A DNA stretch of 64,000 nucleotides from Nitrospirales bacterium (lineage in GTDB: Bacteria > Nitrospirota > Nitrospiria > Nitrospirales > UBA8639), in the NCBI GenBank assembly GCA_965203295.1, contig CBDBCZ010000013.1:704001-768000 (forward strand), in the 5' to 3' direction. Numbering within the stretch: the first letter of the stretch is position 1; each line of letters starts with the position of its first letter. The translations under genes and the position numbers were made by a program. This document shows positions 59,166 through 64,000 of this stretch, in pieces. The notes below the pieces were generated by a model. The model worked only from the letters and a program-made list of their open reading frames with translations, did not search any database and had not been told where the DNA came from.

Positions 59166-61319
59166 ATATCTATTTTGAGCTGTAAATAGCCAGCACACGC
59201 GTAAAACAGCGTTCAGATTTCTCCCCAGACTTTCATAAAATGCCAACAAGGCCTAAAGGCTGCATTTTTGTTGTAGGGGTTCTCATTTAGCTATAATGCT
59301 TCACTCGTACCATGCTTGTGCATGCAACTCTTGGCTAACCTGGTGTCATCCATCGGTTCTGCAGACTTTTAAGACCCCTTCGTGATGTTTTCGATCCTGG
59401 TTTTGTACCTTGGTGTATACCGCACGTCTTTATCGCGGTAAGTATTTGCGGTAAATCGGTCTTCGAGAGTCTCCCGGTTCTGAATAAGATCGCCAGTACG
59501 CCTTGTAGCTTCCAGCCTTTGATTGAAGTTCAGCCATCAGAGGTATCCTTTTCTGTGCATCTTCGAAGTTGATTGGCATAATTTTATTCTAAAACTTGAG
59601 TGCATCTCGCCGGTGATGCGTTACATTACTTCAGACAGTCTGTACCGGTAAAACTTCCTACACCATAGATAGTAGAAGTTAACACTTTCAACTTGTCAAC
59701 TATCTACACACTAAGTCTTTTTCAAAAACTATAAACCAGCCGTTTTTCATTCGGCCATTCAATTACCTGTGCTGCGCATGCGCGAATCGGGAACCGTGCA
59801 CGCTCGTGTAATATTGTGTTACTGCAGCACATACGTATGCATGTCAGGGGAGCACATTAATTTACTAGTTACACACATTTCTGTATAGGAGTACTGTAAT
59901 TCTGCATTGACTCCCAAAATATGCACATTACAGTGGCAGTGTCAAGCATGCATGACTAAAATTATGGCAGAGCAACACACACACATAGTGCTCAACTGCA
60001 TAAACTTTAGTGTAGCACACATCCAGACGTGTCCATTTAACATCACTGGAAATACATATTTAACCTTGCACATGCGGTTGTATTGTATTGTTTTGCAACA
60101 GCACATGTCATGCATAGAACTGTGTGGAGCTATATAGCTACATGCACTGAGGAACTGTGGATGAACTATAGCTGAAGATTTGACATTGTTATACTGTAGT
60201 GCTGCATATAATAATGACTCCACAAAATATGTCATTTGAGCACAAAAAATGCTAGTGTGATGCACTATATATTATTACAGTAATGTGTTGTACAACTACA
60301 TAACCACATGCATGTATATATATACTCAGCACTCAAACGTGCATAAAACTTAATAATCATGAAAGTGTGACCTTTTGCATTCAGCTTCAAGAGTTTGAAA
60401 TTGATCTAGCACAGTTAAAGATGCTTGCGCTACATAGTATAATACACTGTGTTGTAATGAATTTCAATGGCATTTATTAATCACATTGTGTTAGAGGAAA
60501 ACAGCTAGTACGATACAGTGTATGTGCTACCTATAAGTGTATAACTGTGTGTTGGAGCAGCACAGTGCTCAAATGTCCTAATACAGCACAGTATGAAAGT
60601 GTGACAGTTTGACACTATTCCACATCTCTGATTCCAAAATTTATTGTGTTGATCCAGCACTGTTAGAGTTGCCTGTGCTAATTTAACATGATTATACCAT
60701 TTGTATTATACATGTGCAATAGCTATTATGTGAACGAAAATGTGTAAACACAGCACAATACACCGAAATGTGTTATCTAACTAACAGTTCTATGTGTAGT
60801 AGCACAGCATTCAAACATGCAAATATAGTACAGTGTAAAAGTGTATCCATTTGACTCAATGCCACATCCATGCAGATCCAGATGTGTGTTGATCCAGCAC
60901 AGTACTAATAGAACATGATTGCGCTTTAGGCAGCAATAGCACATTCAGTATTGTGAATGAAATTGTGTTAATGTAGCTCAATGCACTAAGGTGTGTTGTG
61001 TAAGAGTTCTATACTATGTGTAGGAGCAGCGCAGCACTCATGAAAGATTGTATGAAGTGTTAAGCTTCGTACCCAGGTCCGCGCTTTTTCGGTTGCACGA
61101 CATCTTTCGTGTACCTAAAAATGGCGCAGGCCTGGTAACGAGGCTATGAAAGTGTGTCCATTTGACACTATTTCGCATCTGGATCAAAATATGTGTTGAT
61201 CCTGCACTGTTAGAGTTGCCTGTGCTAATATTGCATGATTGTTGTTTGCGTTACAATAGCATAATAATAAAAATTAATGCGAATGTAATTATGTCAATAT
61301 ATCAATATAGTATGGCACG

Positions 61320-62760
61320 CTGTAGAGTGATGGAAAAGTGATTGAAATTGTGTCAAAGGAACATAATATTATACTATAAAAAATAATGTGTTATCAAAAC
61401 ACACTACTCTTTGTGTAGGAGTAGCACACCACTTTAAGCATGTAAAGTTGGCACAGAATGACAGTGTGTACTGCACTGTAATGTTTCAACAGCATATACA
61501 ATTGAAATTGTTTCAGAGGAATTATGATGAAGTGTGTTAATTACCAGAACACATTCAGTTGTTTGGTGTAGGAATAGTACACCACTAAATATGATAATTG
61601 TGTGACAATTTGACACTTTTCCATCTGGTTTGCTGTTCGAGCACAGTAACAACAATGTTTGTGCTAGTATAACACACTGTAAAGTAATGGAAATGATTGA
61701 AATTGTGTCAAAGGTACTTATGATATAAATGTGTTATCAAAACACACTACTCTTTGTGTAGGAGTAGCACACTACTCAAACATGTACAATTGGCATAGTA
61801 TGAAAGTGTGTACTGCATTATAATGTGTTTCAACAGCATAAACGATTGAAATTGTGTCAGGGAAACATAATAGGATGAAGTGTGTTACCAGAACACATCG
61901 ATTGTTTGTGTTGGAGTAGCACACCACTAAATATGACACAGTATGAAAGTGTGACAATTTGACGCTTTTCCATCTGGCTTCAAATATGTGCTGTTTGAGC
62001 ACAGCAATAACACTGCTTGTGCTAGTATAACACACTGTAAAGTAATGGAAGTGATTGAAATTGTGTCAAAGGTACTTATGATATAAATGTGTTATCAAAA
62101 CACACTACTCTTTGTGTAGGAGTAGCACACTACTCAAGCATGTATAATTGGCATAGTATGAAAGTGTGTACTGCATTATAATGTGTTTCAACAGCATAAA
62201 CGATGGAAATTGTGTCAGGGAAACATAATAGGATGAAGTGTGTTACCAGAACACATCAATTGTTTGTGTTGGAGTAGCACACCACTAAATATGACACAGT
62301 ATAAAAGTGTGACAATTTGACGCTTTTCCATCTGGCTAAAAATATGTGCTGTTCGAGCACAGTAATAACACTGCTTGTGCTAGTATAACACACTGTAAAG
62401 TAATGGAAGTGAATAAAATTGTGTCAAAGGTACGTATGATATAAATGTGTTATCAAAACACACTACTCTTTGTGTAGGAGTAGCACACTACTCAAGCATG
62501 TATAATTGGCATAGCATGAAAGTGTGTACTGCATTATAATGTGTTTCAACAGCATAAACGATGGAAATTGTGTCAGGGAAACATAATAGGATGAAGTGTG
62601 TTACTAGAACACATCAATAGTTTGTGTTGGAGTAGCACACCACCAAATATGACACAGTACGAAAGTAGTGTGACAATTTGACGCTTGTCCATCTGCCTTC
62701 AAATATGTGTTGTTCTAGCACAGTAATAACAATGCTTGTGCTAGTATAACACACTGTAGA
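61320..62760. repeat. Tandem array of about 358 bp (about 4 copies, with degenerate units back to about 60350)
   Basis: cacactactctttgtgtaggagtagcacac at 61400, 61743, 62101 and 62459. Confidence 0.92.
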
Positions 62761-63505
62761 GTAATGTGTTCTAATAGCACATAATTGAAAGTGTGTCAGA
62801 GGAACGCAATACATGGAGCGTGTTATGTAAACATACAGTTCTGTGTGTACAAAGAGCACAGCACTGAAAATGTGTAAGTGTAGCACATATATAAGCGTGA
62901 CTATTTAACACATTTTTGTAGTGTGTCATATGATGTGTTTCAATGACACACCCCAAATTCGTAGATCCGCATTGTGTTCCTATAACACATATCCCAGTGT
63001 GTTTCTATTGCACACTAACTTCCAGTGTGCTAAATCAACATGACCAATAAATCGCAGTGTGTCAACTGAACATAGTTGGGACAATGACACACCTTCATTA
63101 GAAAGAAATGTGTTCCATGTACACACCACATTTATCGACACACTAATTGTGTGTTATTTTCGCACTACGAATTTTAGAGTGCAGCCGTTCGCGCGCTCCG
63201 GCTGGTAAAAAAGTACTTTAATTGTTAATGAAAGTGCCACTTATCTTTGAAAGCTTATGGATGTTATAGATAATTGATAATGTTGTACAATATTAATTGT
63301 CAGTTATACCATGAAAGCATTCATAACTGCCTGATTTTTAATTACTGTTACATTCCTCTGTGTCGCATTCGGAGTGAAGCATACAGTCAGTTGGTGTATA
63401 ATATATAAGTGTCTTTTGTGATTGGGGTCATTTTACCTTTATTGTAAATTCTATTGCAGAAACTAATGTTGTCCACTTCCACACTGTAGGTAAAATGCTA
63501 CAACC

Positions 63506-64000
63506 ATGTCCATTGAGCCAACTAAACTGAAGCTCCACCCACACCAGTCCTACAGCAATGGCTTCTTCCTGCTACGAATGCCGCTCATCATCAATGCTCA
63601 GCCTGCCGAGATCAGCTACAATGATAAGGGAATGCTCACCCTTAACTGCCGCTACCCAAATTTTGGCATCACCTTTGACTCCCTCTTCAATGAAGTGAGT
63701 ACTGTGGTGGAGAAATATGGCCTCTCGGGAGTCACCAATTACTGGTGTGAAGACGTGCCCCTCTTTCAGCTGAAGTTCTCCACCCCGGATGGAATGAAGA
63801 AGTTCATTAGCACAGCTGAGGCGGTGCAGAATGAACTGGCATCTAGAATCTCAACACGGCTCGCAGAGCAGCAGCGAGTCCTTTACCCAGACACATCCAA
63901 AGCCGACCTTCCCGTCATAGTCCACACCGAAGTGTTCCTCGTGACCCCTGACCCCATCAACAGGGATGCTGACCTGAGAGTCGTCACAGCCGAAAACCTG
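63506..64000 (+). CDS. 5' part of an uncharacterised protein gene, open to the window end
   Basis: Acceptor ctgtag|G at 63489, an in-frame TAA upstream and accATG at 63506. It gives 165 open codons with C/G-rich third positions (MSIEPTKLKLHPHQSYSNGFFLLRMP...). It is absent from the ORF track because it has no stop in the window. Confidence 0.75.
   Translation, partial: MSIEPTKLKLHPHQSYSNGFFLLRMPLIINAQPAEISYNDKGMLTLNCRYPNFGITFDSLFNEVSTVVEKYGLSGVTNYWCEDVPLFQLKFSTPDGMKKFISTAEAVQNELASRISTRLAEQQRVLYPDTSKADLPVIVHTEVFLVTPDPINRDADLRVVTAENL

Larger units (their letters stand above)
55329..63181. mobile_element. CACTA/EnSpm (CMC) element, 7.85 kb, non-autonomous or decayed
   Basis: CA|CACTCTAAAAT ... 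ATTTTAGAGTG|CA gives CAC termini with a 2-bp TSD. Long subterminal tandem arrays at both ends. No intact transposase. Confidence 0.8.
54931..63206 (-). mobile_element. Helentron/Helitron2-type non-autonomous element (HINE-like), split by the CACTA insertion
   Basis: Sub-TIRs ACCAGCCGGA (54931) and TCCGGCTGGT (63197-63206) lie in A/T runs. Hairpin cagccg..cggctg. (ACAA/ACAG)n microsatellite at 55258-55299. The halves rejoin as tagtaccacagccgttcgcgcg. Confidence 0.6.

Overview
Eukaryotic, intron-rich and transposon-dense DNA. It is probably from a sponge or another early-branching animal; this is an inference from the TRAF/ZU5-death-domain expansion and the AcademH-type MITEs. Bases 1-19.5 kb are nested mobile elements. 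A probable non-autonomous Helitron (89-14475) holds a complete but decayed AcademX DNA transposon (958-13397, 16-bp TIRs, TGA TSD), which in turn holds a full-length APE-RT LINE with a 13-bp TSD and two MITEs. This whole block appears to lie in intron 1 of a minus-strand secreted or membrane protein gene whose signal-peptide exon is at 14695-14794. A broken pogo/Tigger transposase with further nested insertions follows at 15.4-19.5 kb. A roughly 22-exon SPAG1-like TPR co-chaperone gene occupies 19744-41436 on the minus strand. Next is a minus-strand immune/apoptosis cluster: a frameshifted ZU5-UPA-Death gene, a frameshifted kelch gene, a TRAF::Death-domain fusion relic and two intact intronless TRAF genes. 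After that come a Ginger-like integrase relic and a 7.85-kb CACTA/EnSpm element with tandem-repeat arms, inserted in a Helentron-type element. The window ends in the start of an unknown plus-strand ORF, possibly TRADD-N-like. All calls are made by eye from the sequence; no searches were run.
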